From NCBI GenBank assembly GCA_028284415.1, contig JANQRU010000007.1, positions 969,243 through 1,033,242 on the forward strand: 64,000 nucleotides of DNA. Direction: 5' to 3'. This DNA is from Pyrinomonadaceae bacterium. GTDB lineage: Bacteria > Acidobacteriota > Blastocatellia > Pyrinomonadales > Pyrinomonadaceae. The notes beneath the pieces are model-generated. The model had not been told where the DNA came from. It saw only the letters and a list, made by a program, of their open reading frames with translations, and searched no databases. Of the stretch, positions 10,834 to 19,812 are shown piece by piece (position 1 is the stretch's first letter; each line of letters starts with the position of its first letter). The position numbers were made by a program, and so were the translations under genes.

Positions 10834-11256
10834 TTATTCGATCTTAAACTCTTTGCTTTCCTTTAATTTACCGTTCAAAAATACATCTACGCGATAATCT
10901 CCAGTTGCCCAAATGCTTTTTGGCGAAGCTGTAAAAGCTACTCCGCTTTCGCCTTTTTTAGTTTTATATGAAGCTACGACCATCTTTGTATTAGGACGCA
11001 GACCTTTTGCTTTGACGGCGATAAAATTCATTTTGACTAACGTGGGTTTTTCAGAATTTAAATCAATATAGCAATAAATCGGAATATCTTTTGTTCCGAA
11101 GACCTCTAAATCTTCGATTATATTCCCTTGAGAATCTTTTTTGGCGAGTGATAATTTTGTTATCTTTACTTCTTCGTCATTTTTGTTTGGTGCGGTTTGT
11201 GCTTGAAAGCTGAAGCTTAATAAAAGACACAGCGATACTATTAAGACAATCTTCAT
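10834..11256 (-). CDS. Hypothetical secreted protein
   Basis: Signal peptide only. No recognisable domain. Confidence 0.45.
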   Translation of the reverse strand: MKIVLIVSLCLLLSFSFQAQTAPNKNDEEVKITKLSLAKKDSQGNIIEDLEVFGTKDIPIYCYIDLNSEKPTLVKMNFIAVKAKGLRPNTKMVVASYKTKKGESGVAFTASPKSIWATGDYRVDVFLNGKLKESKEFKIE

Positions 11257-11471
11257 TACTTTGCCTCCGTGAAAATTTTTATTTTTTGGAATTAAGGTTA
11301 AAAAAAGGTGTCAGAACGATTTGCAGTAATTGATGGTTTAATTCAAATATGAATCAGCTATCTTCAACCAAGTAATTACGGCGAAAGGTTCTGACTTGTT
11401 TTGTGGTTATTGCAACAACTAACTTAAAAGGTGCGGCAACTCTGGAATAGGTTGCATTTGAGCGAAAGATT

Positions 11472-12614
11472 TTACCTTATTTTCTTAAATATGGTGTGAA
11501 ATGCAGCAATTGTAAAAGGCTTGAGCGGAACGGTTTTCATTACACTAAAATCTTCTGTTAGAGAGGTGTCTTCGTTAAGAAATTTGAGAACCCTAGAGGC
11601 TTTGTTCTTTTTAAAAAGACATGTAAAAACATCGTCAATAGAATGTTTTTTATCTTGCATAACATTCAATAAAACACTATCGAGATACAATTTCCAATTC
11701 CTATGTTTGAGTTTCGGCTCTTGTCTTTTCTCTAAATCCTCTACCAATTTTTTCAGCTTTCTTTGAGTGCTTTTGAAGCTATACCCCGTCGAAGGTTTTA
11801 CAAAACCACCTGATGTACCGATTCTGATTATTTTTGAATCTTTAGTTTGCGTGTGAGGCTCATCAGACATAGGAATTATGCCGAATTCCGTTTCTTGGAC
11901 TGTGTAATTTTCAATTTGTAGGTTTTTGGAAACGTATATTCTTAAATTTTCCTCGTATTCTTCTCTTTCAATCAAATTATCCGAAAAAATCGTAAATTCA
12001 ATCAGTGCTTTGTTTTCCGAAAAGGGCAAAATGTAAATAAAACGGCACTCATCCATTTGTTCGATTCGAAAATCAAAAAGTGTCATTTCATCAGAATCAA
12101 AAACAGCATCTTCTGTTTCAATCACCCAACCTAAAAAATGTTGCCAAAGATTATGATATTTCGGATTATCATATTCTTTTCGTGAGAAGCTATCGAAAAT
12201 ATATTCATTTGCGGTAAATTCGCCTTTATCAGTTTTTACCGTTTTGTTTTCTACGGAAGAAATATCAGCCTGCAAGAATTTGAAGTTTGAATTTTGCTCG
12301 AGTTTTGATTTTACAAATTCATAAAAATCTATCGCTCGAATCATTTTGTATTGATATTCATCAAAATCCAAAAGTTCACTAAAATCTTGTGTTCCATGAA
12401 ACCAAAACTTATCCCAGCAACGAAAAATTATTTCTTCAAAATCGGATTTTCCATTTTCCCAAAAACACCAGGTGTGATCGTTTGAAGTTTTCTCATCGCG
12501 GTCAATTATGAGAATTTTTTTACTTTTGAGTGAGCTTTCATTCAAATAAAATCCAAGCGAAAGCCCTGCCATACCTCCACCTGCGATGATGTAGTCAAAA
12601 GATTTATCTTGCAC
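11472..12614 (-). CDS. Lycopene cyclase family flavoprotein (CrtY/CrtL-like)
   Basis: N-terminal FAD/NAD Rossmann motif DYIIAGGGMAGLSLGFYL. Its roughly 380-aa size and overall pattern resemble the lycopene beta-cyclase family. Confidence 0.6.
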   Translation of the reverse strand: MQDKSFDYIIAGGGMAGLSLGFYLNESSLKSKKILIIDRDEKTSNDHTWCFWENGKSDFEEIIFRCWDKFWFHGTQDFSELLDFDEYQYKMIRAIDFYEFVKSKLEQNSNFKFLQADISSVENKTVKTDKGEFTANEYIFDSFSRKEYDNPKYHNLWQHFLGWVIETEDAVFDSDEMTLFDFRIEQMDECRFIYILPFSENKALIEFTIFSDNLIEREEYEENLRIYVSKNLQIENYTVQETEFGIIPMSDEPHTQTKDSKIIRIGTSGGFVKPSTGYSFKSTQRKLKKLVEDLEKRQEPKLKHRNWKLYLDSVLLNVMQDKKHSIDDVFTCLFKKNKASRVLKFLNEDTSLTEDFSVMKTVPLKPFTIAAFHTIFKKIR

Positions 12615-13010
12615 AATTTAGAGTTTTGCAAAAAATGAGAGTTATTTCAAAGCTAAGTGAATTTGTTCTGCTAAAACTAAGTCAGTGCTTATAATTAAAA
12701 ATTGCGATCAAAGAAATTTTTCTCTGACCGCAAAAAGTAAAACACTATAGAAAAGATGGAAACTGGTGTTTTACGCACTTGTTTAACTAAACAATAAAGG
12801 AGTTAAATTAAAAGTCCCTTAAGCTTTTCATTTATCAATACCCATGTTCAGAAACTTTTATTGATGACCTGCCAAGAATACATCAAAAAATTTGCTTCTA
12901 CTTACTAATGCGTAAATTCTCCTAAAAAAGTGTCACTGATAATGAAAAAAAAAATTTCAACCCTCTCAAATTTTCCGAAAAATTGTTTTACGTGATACTT
13001 TAGTCAAGCT

Positions 13011-13451
13011 ATGAAAAACACATCTCTTTTAATTTTATTTTTTCTAATTTTTATCAGTATGACTTTTGCCCAATCTGACAAAACAAAAATCGAAAATGCC
13101 GTAAAAAAGGTTTTAACTGACCAAACCGAAGCTTGGAATAAATGTGATATTGAAGACTTTATGCAAGGTTACTGGAAGTCGAAAGATTTGAGCTTCACTT
13201 CGGGAAATAAGAACACACGCGGTTGGCAGGCAACTTTTGATAATTATAAGAAAGGTTATGATTCCTGCGAAAAGATGGGCAAACTTTCTTTCTCGGAATT
13301 AGATGTAACTGTCTTAAGCAAAAAATCTGCGATGGTTCGCGGAAGATTCTTGCTTGAGAGAAAAAATGATAAGCCGACAGGATTATTTACGCTCATTTTC
13401 CGCAAATTCAAAGATGGATGGAAAGTCATACACGATCACACATCGGTATGA
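13011..13451 (+). CDS. Secreted SnoaL-like/DUF4440 (NTF2-fold) protein
   Basis: Signal peptide, a length of about 146 aa and a pattern consistent with NTF2-like folds. Confidence 0.45.
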   Translation: MKNTSLLILFFLIFISMTFAQSDKTKIENAVKKVLTDQTEAWNKCDIEDFMQGYWKSKDLSFTSGNKNTRGWQATFDNYKKGYDSCEKMGKLSFSELDVTVLSKKSAMVRGRFLLERKNDKPTGLFTLIFRKFKDGWKVIHDHTSV

Positions 13452-13540
13452 ACTTGAACGGAACGCTTCTTGCTTCTTCTTAATTATATAAAAGGCTTTA
13501 TTAGCCAAAAGCTATAGAACAAGGGGAATTAAAAAAATTT

Positions 13541-14032
13541 ATGAATGACAACAGACAAGAAGCAGTAGATAAACTTAGAGATTTGATACAAGACGTTGAA
13601 ACAGCAATGCTTACGACAATTGATGGCGGAGTTTTACGTTCCCGTCCAATGGTAACTCAGCAAACAGAATACGATGGTGACTTATGGTTTTTCACTAGCT
13701 TGGAGACTGAAAAGGTAAGCGAAATAATGAAAGATAATCGTGTAAATGTTTCATACGCTTCGCCCGAAAACAATACATACATTTCGATCTCAGGGACAGT
13801 AACATTTTCAACCGACCGTGATAAAATCGCCGAGCTTTGGAAACCGAGACAAATCGTATGGTTTCCCGAAGGAATAGATGATCCGAATCTGGTCTTGCTA
13901 AAAGTTAATGTTGAACAAGCTGAATATTGGGATTCAAATTCAAACACTTTTGTAGAAATTGCCGGATTCTTAAAAGCAATGGCAACAGGCGAGGTTCCTG
14001 ATTACAGTGAGAACGAGAAAATAAACTTCTAA
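13541..14032 (+). CDS. Pyridoxamine 5'-phosphate oxidase-like general stress protein 26
   Basis: PNPOx-like split-barrel pattern (LWFFTSLETEKVSEIMKDNRVNVSYASPENNTYISISGT). Confidence 0.65.
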   Translation: MNDNRQEAVDKLRDLIQDVETAMLTTIDGGVLRSRPMVTQQTEYDGDLWFFTSLETEKVSEIMKDNRVNVSYASPENNTYISISGTVTFSTDRDKIAELWKPRQIVWFPEGIDDPNLVLLKVNVEQAEYWDSNSNTFVEIAGFLKAMATGEVPDYSENEKINF

Positions 14033-14062
14033 ACAATTAAATACACAAAAAATGACTGCTCT

Positions 14063-14098
14063 GACGATATGGAAATTTTCCGTATCGTCTTTTTTTTT
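14063..14098 (+). terminator. Intrinsic terminator after the PNPOx-like gene
   Basis: GACGATATGG / CCGTATCGTC stem with one G-U pair, followed by T9. Confidence 0.7.
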
Positions 14099-14217
14099 GA
14101 ACCTGCAAGTTACAGACATCGTTAAGTCTGTGTTAACAAGCTAGAAAAGGGTTAAGGAATATATTAAAAAGATTTTGGAATTAATGATTTATAGACTAAA
14201 GTAGCTGGTAAAAAAAT

Positions 14218-15069
14218 ATGTCGAAAAGGCTTATACGAAACGTCAAAACGGGTGTCACGAAGACTTTGAAATCCAAAAAGATTGTAAAGAAATCACAGTC
14301 GCCATATATATTTCAAAACATTCCGCCCATAAACTTTTCCGACAAACGCTTTACCGTAAAAATTGCAGAGAACGCGGAAGAAGTAGAAGCAGCCTTACGA
14401 CTTCGATACAAAGTATTCAATATTGAGTTTGGTGAAGAAAAAGATACACCTTTCGGGATGGATGTTGATAAATACGACTACACGTCCCATCATCTGATCG
14501 TCAGAAAAAATGATACAAAAGAGGTAGTTGGAGTTTACCGTTTAAGAACATTAGAACTTGCCCAAACTGCCGATCAATTTTATTCAAATCAAGAGTTTAC
14601 ATTAGAAGATTTGTCCGTTGATGTTCTTAAAGATGCGATAGAAATCGGAAGAGCCTCAATTGCTAAAAACTATCGCCACAAAAATGTTCTGTTTCTGCTC
14701 TGGAAAGGTTTAGCCGAATATATCAAAGCCACAAACAAGCGTTATGTTTTCGGTTGTTGCTCATTATTTTCGCAAGACTACTCCGAAGGTTTAAGCACAT
14801 TTCATAAGCTTAAAAATGAAAATTACTTGTGCAATGACAATTTTGTTGAGGGGCAAAAAGAATTTGATTTTACAGATGAAGAAAAACTCTCCGCTAAAAT
14901 AAATGAAGAAATAGAACTTCCACAACTTTTTCGGCTTTATCTAAGAATCGGAGCAAAAGTTTGCAGTCCACCCGTCATCGACAGAAAATTTGGAACGATA
15001 GATTTCTTTGTAATCTTCGACATAGATAATCTCGACAGACGCTACCGAATGCTATTTTTTGGATTGTAA
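14218..15069 (+). CDS. GNAT-fold N-acyltransferase, OlsB/hemolysin-like family (PF13444-like)
   Basis: The 283-aa protein has a pattern typical of ornithine-lipid / lyso-lipid N-acyltransferases. Confidence 0.55.
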   Translation: MSKRLIRNVKTGVTKTLKSKKIVKKSQSPYIFQNIPPINFSDKRFTVKIAENAEEVEAALRLRYKVFNIEFGEEKDTPFGMDVDKYDYTSHHLIVRKNDTKEVVGVYRLRTLELAQTADQFYSNQEFTLEDLSVDVLKDAIEIGRASIAKNYRHKNVLFLLWKGLAEYIKATNKRYVFGCCSLFSQDYSEGLSTFHKLKNENYLCNDNFVEGQKEFDFTDEEKLSAKINEEIELPQLFRLYLRIGAKVCSPPVIDRKFGTIDFFVIFDIDNLDRRYRMLFFGL

Positions 15070-15092
15070 TGTCAGAACCGTCTGCGGTAGTC

Positions 15093-15394
15093 ATTAGTAT
15101 CTACACATCTTTGAAAACTCAATGTCTATTGACTTGTATTCAAGTTTTCTGAGTCGCCAACGGCGACAAACATTATAGCCTATGGTGCAGGCTAAAAGCC
15201 GAAACCATAGGAATTATTAATCAGTCAGTTGTGTCGCTGAAAGCGACAAACATCATTGAACATAGGTTGTTCGTCGCCTACAGCGACGCTATGTTTATTA
15301 CATTTCACCTAGCGATTCTCGCTAGGCTTTAGTGTTTGTCGCCGTTGGCGATAGACAACACAAAGCATCATGTCAAACTTGTGTAGATACTAAT
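15093..15394. mobile_element. MITE-like non-autonomous element / BIME-like REP cluster
   Basis: Perfect 15-bp terminal inverted repeats ATTAGTATCTACACA (15093-15107) and TGTGTAGATACTAAT (15380-15394). GCGGTAG direct repeats lie just outside both ends, at 15084-15090 and 15396-15402. Four internal GTCGC-N4-5-GCGAC(AAACA) hairpin units sit at about 15153, 15233, 15273 and 15338, the last an inverted copy of the first. The element lies between convergent genes. Confidence 0.6.
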
Positions 15395-15494
15395 AGCGGT
15401 AGCGAATGGTTTGAGTTAGTAAACTTGATACTTGATACTTAAAGTTCGAGTTCTCAAAGTTAAACTGCTCACAACCAAAAGCCATTCAGAAAGA

Positions 15495-16220
15495 TCAATG
15501 AAAAGTTTTCTCCTTGAAAGTAATCTCGCCATTCTCATCAATCAAAAGAATTGTTGAAGAGCGTGTTCCGTAAATAGGTGTTTCGATAAATATTGGGGAA
15601 AGAATTCTCTCTTTTTCCAATCCAATTCCCGTGTCGGGTAAATCTTTATCTTCAGCAAGAGTTTTATCGGCGAGGACTTCAAAAAACTTTTCTTCTTCAA
15701 ATTTATCTTGTGAAAGCATCTGAGTTAGAGCTTTTTTGCCACGAAGAACTTTTTGCCAAGGAGTATCTAACAAATGATTGCTTAGTCCATAAACTCCGCT
15801 TGAGAGCATTTTGATTTTCTCACTACAATTTGAGTAATACGCAATCTCTTGTTTTTCATCATTTAATTCGCCAACCAACAAATTAAATCCGGAAAATTTA
15901 TCTTTGTTAGATTCAATTTCTTTCAAATAATCTTTGCTTGAATCATTTCCTTTTAAGAAATTACTGACAAGATCGCCACGCGAAACTGTGCCTTTTGGTG
16001 AGTTTGGTTGGCGATAGTTTGTAACGGCGGCAAAACGTCCCGTGTCGGTCACACCTAACCAAGTTCCGCCACGAACCAAATCTCTACCTGCCAAAATGTT
16101 TGGAAAGTCCTGCCATTTCTGAGCGGCGGCAGTTGGTCTTTCATAAAATTCATCTCGATTCGCCAACAAAATCAGCGGATACTTCGGATGTTCTTGAAAT
16201 GCAAAAAAGATTACGCACAT
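15495..16220 (-). CDS. NRDE family protein (TANGO2-like)
   Basis: LANRDEFYERP motif is present. Family members typically start with MC..., so the start was set at MCVIFFAF (16220), 1 bp after the upstream stop. Confidence 0.7.
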   Translation of the reverse strand: MCVIFFAFQEHPKYPLILLANRDEFYERPTAAAQKWQDFPNILAGRDLVRGGTWLGVTDTGRFAAVTNYRQPNSPKGTVSRGDLVSNFLKGNDSSKDYLKEIESNKDKFSGFNLLVGELNDEKQEIAYYSNCSEKIKMLSSGVYGLSNHLLDTPWQKVLRGKKALTQMLSQDKFEEEKFFEVLADKTLAEDKDLPDTGIGLEKERILSPIFIETPIYGTRSSTILLIDENGEITFKEKTFH

Positions 16221-16221
16221 C

Positions 16222-18006
16222 TTAATTCTCAATCTGCTCGACGAGTCTTTTTTTCTCTTGTTTTTTTGAAGAATCCTTTTTCCAAAGATTTGAAAAAGTT
16301 ATTCTTACCAGCTCACTAAATTTCAAAGGTTTAGCTCCACTTTTGATATTTTCTACACCGATTTCAAAGGCAATCCGCCACTGGTCAAAAAGAATTCTGT
16401 AAGCACCTAAAAGATTATGTTTCGGATCATAAATGTTTGTTGATTCCGAACTTACGCCATTTAATTCAATTATTTTGAAATTTTCACCTCGCTTAAAATC
16501 TTCGACGGAGGTTGTTCGAACATCAAATCTCCCAAAATAAAAACCTTCAAAACCACCACATATCCCGTCAATTTTTTCTTCCAATTCTTTAGTATAAATC
16601 CATCCACCATCAAGAAAAATTGCTCCTCTTGAATGAGTTCCGATATTGATAATTTTTCTTTTTTCACCGTTTTTCAGGACTAATTCTAAGTCCTCCTCGT
16701 TTTGACTTAAATAATTTTCTGCCAAACAAACCGCTCGCTTATCATTTAGGATCAATTTCTCTAAAGTTGATTCTCCATCTCCTGTAACTTCGGGAAATTG
16801 CTTTTCCGTGATAGAAAAAATTTTGCCTTTTTCTCTGCTCGGATAGCGATAGTAAAAAACGCTGAACTCTTCTCCTTCAGCAAATTCCTGCAAGATCATA
16901 TCCTGATTTAGTTCAGAAACCCGCTCCTCTAATTCTTCTAAACTGCTGACAAATCCTGCGTCTTTTCCGCGTTCGCCAATGTCAGGTTTCAAAGCAATTG
17001 GAAATAACAGATCGTTTTCTTCAATAAACTTTTTAGCTTTTTCAAAGTTTGTTTTTGCTGACAAGTCCGATTTTAGAAGAGTGTGACTGAGCAAATATGG
17101 CTGAGCAGATTCCGAATCTCCTAAGCCCTGTAAAATTTCCTCTTTTGATTCTCCGATAAATCCACTCGCAAAAATTGCAGGATTTGTCGCTGTAAAAACG
17201 GTGATTCCTCTATGTTTAATCGAAAGCCAAAGAACATATAATGCAACGGGAAAATAAAAAACTTTTAGCGACCAGAATTCCCAATAAAAACGCTTTTTTA
17301 TCTGTCCCCAAAAGATTCTACGGCTTCGCCAATTTGTCAACTTAAGCCCGACTTTAATAATCAAAAACAAAGCTAAAACAAAAACGATCAAGCCGAAAAG
17401 AAAATGACTCTGGAAAAAAGGAATCTCAAAAAACTCCCTCCCAAGCCAAGCCGAACCACCAACTAAAATTGGTGTCCAAAAAGCCGTAGCTAAGAAGAAG
17501 AAAAGAGTAAATTTGATAAAGCTTGTTTGTAAAATCCCAGCTAAAACATAGGTTGGCAAACGCAAACCCGGTGTAAAACGGCTTAAAAAGACTGCCCACA
17601 GTCCGTACTTTTCAAGAAATCTTTTTGCCCTCTCAAGAGTTTTATCACTGATGAATCGTTTCACTATTTTTGAACGTAAAATTGCTGTTCCGCCAATTCG
17701 TCCGAAAAGATATAACAAAACATCTCCGACAAAAATCCCGACAAAACAAGCTCCTATTCCTAAAGCTAAACTGATGCGACCTTGAGCGGCGAGTGTTCCA
17801 GCTGTAAGGCAAGCAATGTCTTCGCTAAAAAATGTTGAAATAGCAAGAATTATAAAAATAGCGAGGGGACTAAATCTTTCGGTGGAAAGACTGTCTAAAT
17901 TATTTAAAGAACTAAAAAGTTCGGGATTGTAAAAATACAATCCCGAACACGTAAATACAATAATTATAATTCCCAGCCCGTAGGCTATTTTTTGAAAACT
18001 TCGCAT
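16222..18006 (-). CDS. DedA/VTT-domain membrane protein fused to a C-terminal ATP-grasp ligase domain
   Basis: The N-terminal half has the DedA/SNARE-associated pattern (FSEDIACLTAGTLAA...GDVLLYLFGR...GLWAVFLSRFTPGLR). The C-terminal half has ATP-grasp signatures: the loop LKPDIGERGKDAGFV, then EEFSVFYY, FGRFDV and IELNGVSSES. Start chosen at MRSFQKIAYG (18006); the track's longer start overlaps DoxX. Confidence 0.6.
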   Translation of the reverse strand: MRSFQKIAYGLGIIIIVFTCSGLYFYNPELFSSLNNLDSLSTERFSPLAIFIILAISTFFSEDIACLTAGTLAAQGRISLALGIGACFVGIFVGDVLLYLFGRIGGTAILRSKIVKRFISDKTLERAKRFLEKYGLWAVFLSRFTPGLRLPTYVLAGILQTSFIKFTLFFFLATAFWTPILVGGSAWLGREFFEIPFFQSHFLFGLIVFVLALFLIIKVGLKLTNWRSRRIFWGQIKKRFYWEFWSLKVFYFPVALYVLWLSIKHRGITVFTATNPAIFASGFIGESKEEILQGLGDSESAQPYLLSHTLLKSDLSAKTNFEKAKKFIEENDLLFPIALKPDIGERGKDAGFVSSLEELEERVSELNQDMILQEFAEGEEFSVFYYRYPSREKGKIFSITEKQFPEVTGDGESTLEKLILNDKRAVCLAENYLSQNEEDLELVLKNGEKRKIINIGTHSRGAIFLDGGWIYTKELEEKIDGICGGFEGFYFGRFDVRTTSVEDFKRGENFKIIELNGVSSESTNIYDPKHNLLGAYRILFDQWRIAFEIGVENIKSGAKPLKFSELVRITFSNLWKKDSSKKQEKKRLVEQIEN

Positions 18007-18016
18007 TAAAAAAAAC

Positions 18017-18403
18017 TTAGAGCGAATCTCCGATAATTGGTAACTCCTGACGATTAATATAAAGCAAGATAGCACTTGAAACAAATACGGTCACCGCCAA
18101 GCCGAAAAGGGCACCACCATCGCCTGCGTGGGAGATTCCGAGTGTTGTAAAGTGGCTCATAATTGCTCCTGCCATTGTTCCCAGAGCTATCAGAGCTCCG
18201 AGCCAAGTTGTTTTCGGAATTAAAACTAGAATAATTGCAATTAGTTCAACAACCCCGGTTCCTATTCTCATCAGAGCCTCGTTTTCACCCGCCAATGTTG
18301 TAAAAAGTTCTACAGATTCAGAAGCCCCTGTAAATTTAAAAAATAAAGTTTGTCCTAAAATTACTGCTATTAAAATCCTCAATACCCAAGCAAATATTTT
18401 CAT
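18017..18403 (-). CDS. DoxX family membrane protein
   Basis: Length of 128 aa with four TM segments and a DoxX-like N-terminus. Confidence 0.6.
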   Translation of the reverse strand: MKIFAWVLRILIAVILGQTLFFKFTGASESVELFTTLAGENEALMRIGTGVVELIAIILVLIPKTTWLGALIALGTMAGAIMSHFTTLGISHAGDGGALFGLAVTVFVSSAILLYINRQELPIIGDSL

Positions 18404-18420
18404 TTGGTTAGCCCTTCCCT

Positions 18421-19041
18421 TTAGTTCAATAAATTGGATTCCGTTCCGTGGGATTTATTTCCCAAAGAACCTTGTTTTTGTTCATTTTCCGCCCAATACT
18501 GCAAGGTCGAAGGGGCAACTCCGAAACCTTTTCCGACATTAAAACCCAGCAATGCAAGCTTATCAGCAATCAAAGCGTAATGATGTAAAGTATGACTATG
18601 CAAAAATTCAAGCTCCCTCAAAACACTCGAATCACACCATTGTTCGGATATTTCAGGATTATCAGGAGATTCCTCTAATCTCACAGAAACCTTTTTGCAA
18701 CCAATATCTACTGGTAAATTACATAACTCTTCAATGACAAAATCGAAACGCGAAATGGCATATCTTCGGTCTTCTTCAACCCGCAAATCTCTTTCGCGGC
18801 GGTTGTAATCAATTTTTCCGCTTGCCAATCCTCGTAAAAAGTTTAAAACAAAATCCAGATTGTGCCTGAAATGACTTCCAACACAGGCTTTTCCCTCAGC
18901 TTCGGGAGTTACATAAAGCTCCTCATCTATTTCATTGATAAGCTTTACGCCCTGTCGCAAGATTGCTATGCAACGTGCCGTCAAAGGATTTTGTAATTCT
19001 GTTTTTGCTTTAACTTCTCGCAATTTTTCGCTCTCAAACAT
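18421..19041 (-). CDS. DinB_2/YfiT-like putative metal-dependent hydrolase or thiol transferase
   Basis: His-rich motifs GSHFRHNLD and FLHSHTLHHY are arranged as in the DinB_2 four-helix-bundle His triad. Assigned with low certainty. Confidence 0.35.
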   Translation of the reverse strand: MFESEKLREVKAKTELQNPLTARCIAILRQGVKLINEIDEELYVTPEAEGKACVGSHFRHNLDFVLNFLRGLASGKIDYNRRERDLRVEEDRRYAISRFDFVIEELCNLPVDIGCKKVSVRLEESPDNPEISEQWCDSSVLRELEFLHSHTLHHYALIADKLALLGFNVGKGFGVAPSTLQYWAENEQKQGSLGNKSHGTESNLLN

Positions 19042-19172
19042 TTATAATTTGCGTTTGCTGATTCTATCATTCCAAAAGACTTCATACTTATTCCAAGATG
19101 TTAAAGGAATTTTTTATGTAGTTTTAGGAATTGGTTAAATAGATTACGTCAAATCGTTAGAATAGTTCAATT

Positions 19173-19811
19173 ATGAAGAAATTTGTAGTTACAATTTTGT
19201 TAATTATTTGTTTTTTGACTGGGTTTGTTTTTGGAAAGCAGGATGCAGTCGAAAAAACTAGAGCTTTAGTTAATGAAATTGTGACTAAATCTTATCCCGA
19301 AATTAAACTTGAAAAAATCAGAATCAAAACTTTTAAGAGCAATTCAAATTATTTCAAAGCACGTTTTTCCTACACGAGGTTTTTTACTTTTCAAAAAATG
19401 CGTCATCTTCTTTACGTCAATCCTTCTGTCTTTGAAAAAGGTGCTCCAGGAGAAGGAATACGCGGGATTGTAGCTCATGAACTTGCACACATTTTATATT
19501 ACACAGAGAAAAATAGGTTTGAATTGCTTGGTTTAGCGAGTCTTGCTTCAAAAAGCTTTACAACAAAGTTTGAACGCAGAGCCGACCTTGAAGCAATTGC
19601 CAGAGGCTATGGCGAAGGGCTTATAAAATATAGAGAATGGCTCTACAAAAATGTACCTGCTAGTAAATTAGATAACAAAAAACGGGATTATTTTACGCCC
19701 GAAGAAATTAGACTTTTAATTCCTGCGTTAAATAAAAACCCGGATTTGCTTGATAAATTAAAAGATGATGTGCCATTGAATCTGGCAGAAACTGAAAGAG
19801 CTGTGCAGTAA
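19173..19811 (+). CDS. Secreted putative zinc metallopeptidase (HExxH)
   Basis: Signal peptide and a HELAH motif. Family not resolved. Confidence 0.4.
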   Translation: MKKFVVTILLIICFLTGFVFGKQDAVEKTRALVNEIVTKSYPEIKLEKIRIKTFKSNSNYFKARFSYTRFFTFQKMRHLLYVNPSVFEKGAPGEGIRGIVAHELAHILYYTEKNRFELLGLASLASKSFTTKFERRADLEAIARGYGEGLIKYREWLYKNVPASKLDNKKRDYFTPEEIRLLIPALNKNPDLLDKLKDDVPLNLAETERAVQ

Positions 19812-19812
19812 T

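Noticed and set aside
15150-15360. Possible CRISPR array (four spaced GTCGC...GCGAC repeats)
   Set aside because: The repeats are short palindromes with variable loops, not identical direct repeats. The last one is inverted, the spacers are mutually related palindromic sequence, and no cas genes are present. This is better explained as a REP/MITE-like palindromic element.
16222-18084. Longer start for the DedA::ATP-grasp gene overlapping DoxX by 68 bp
   Set aside because: The internal ATG at 18006 gives an N-terminus immediately preceding the first TM helix and leaves a 10-bp gap to DoxX. The 5' extension has no homology.
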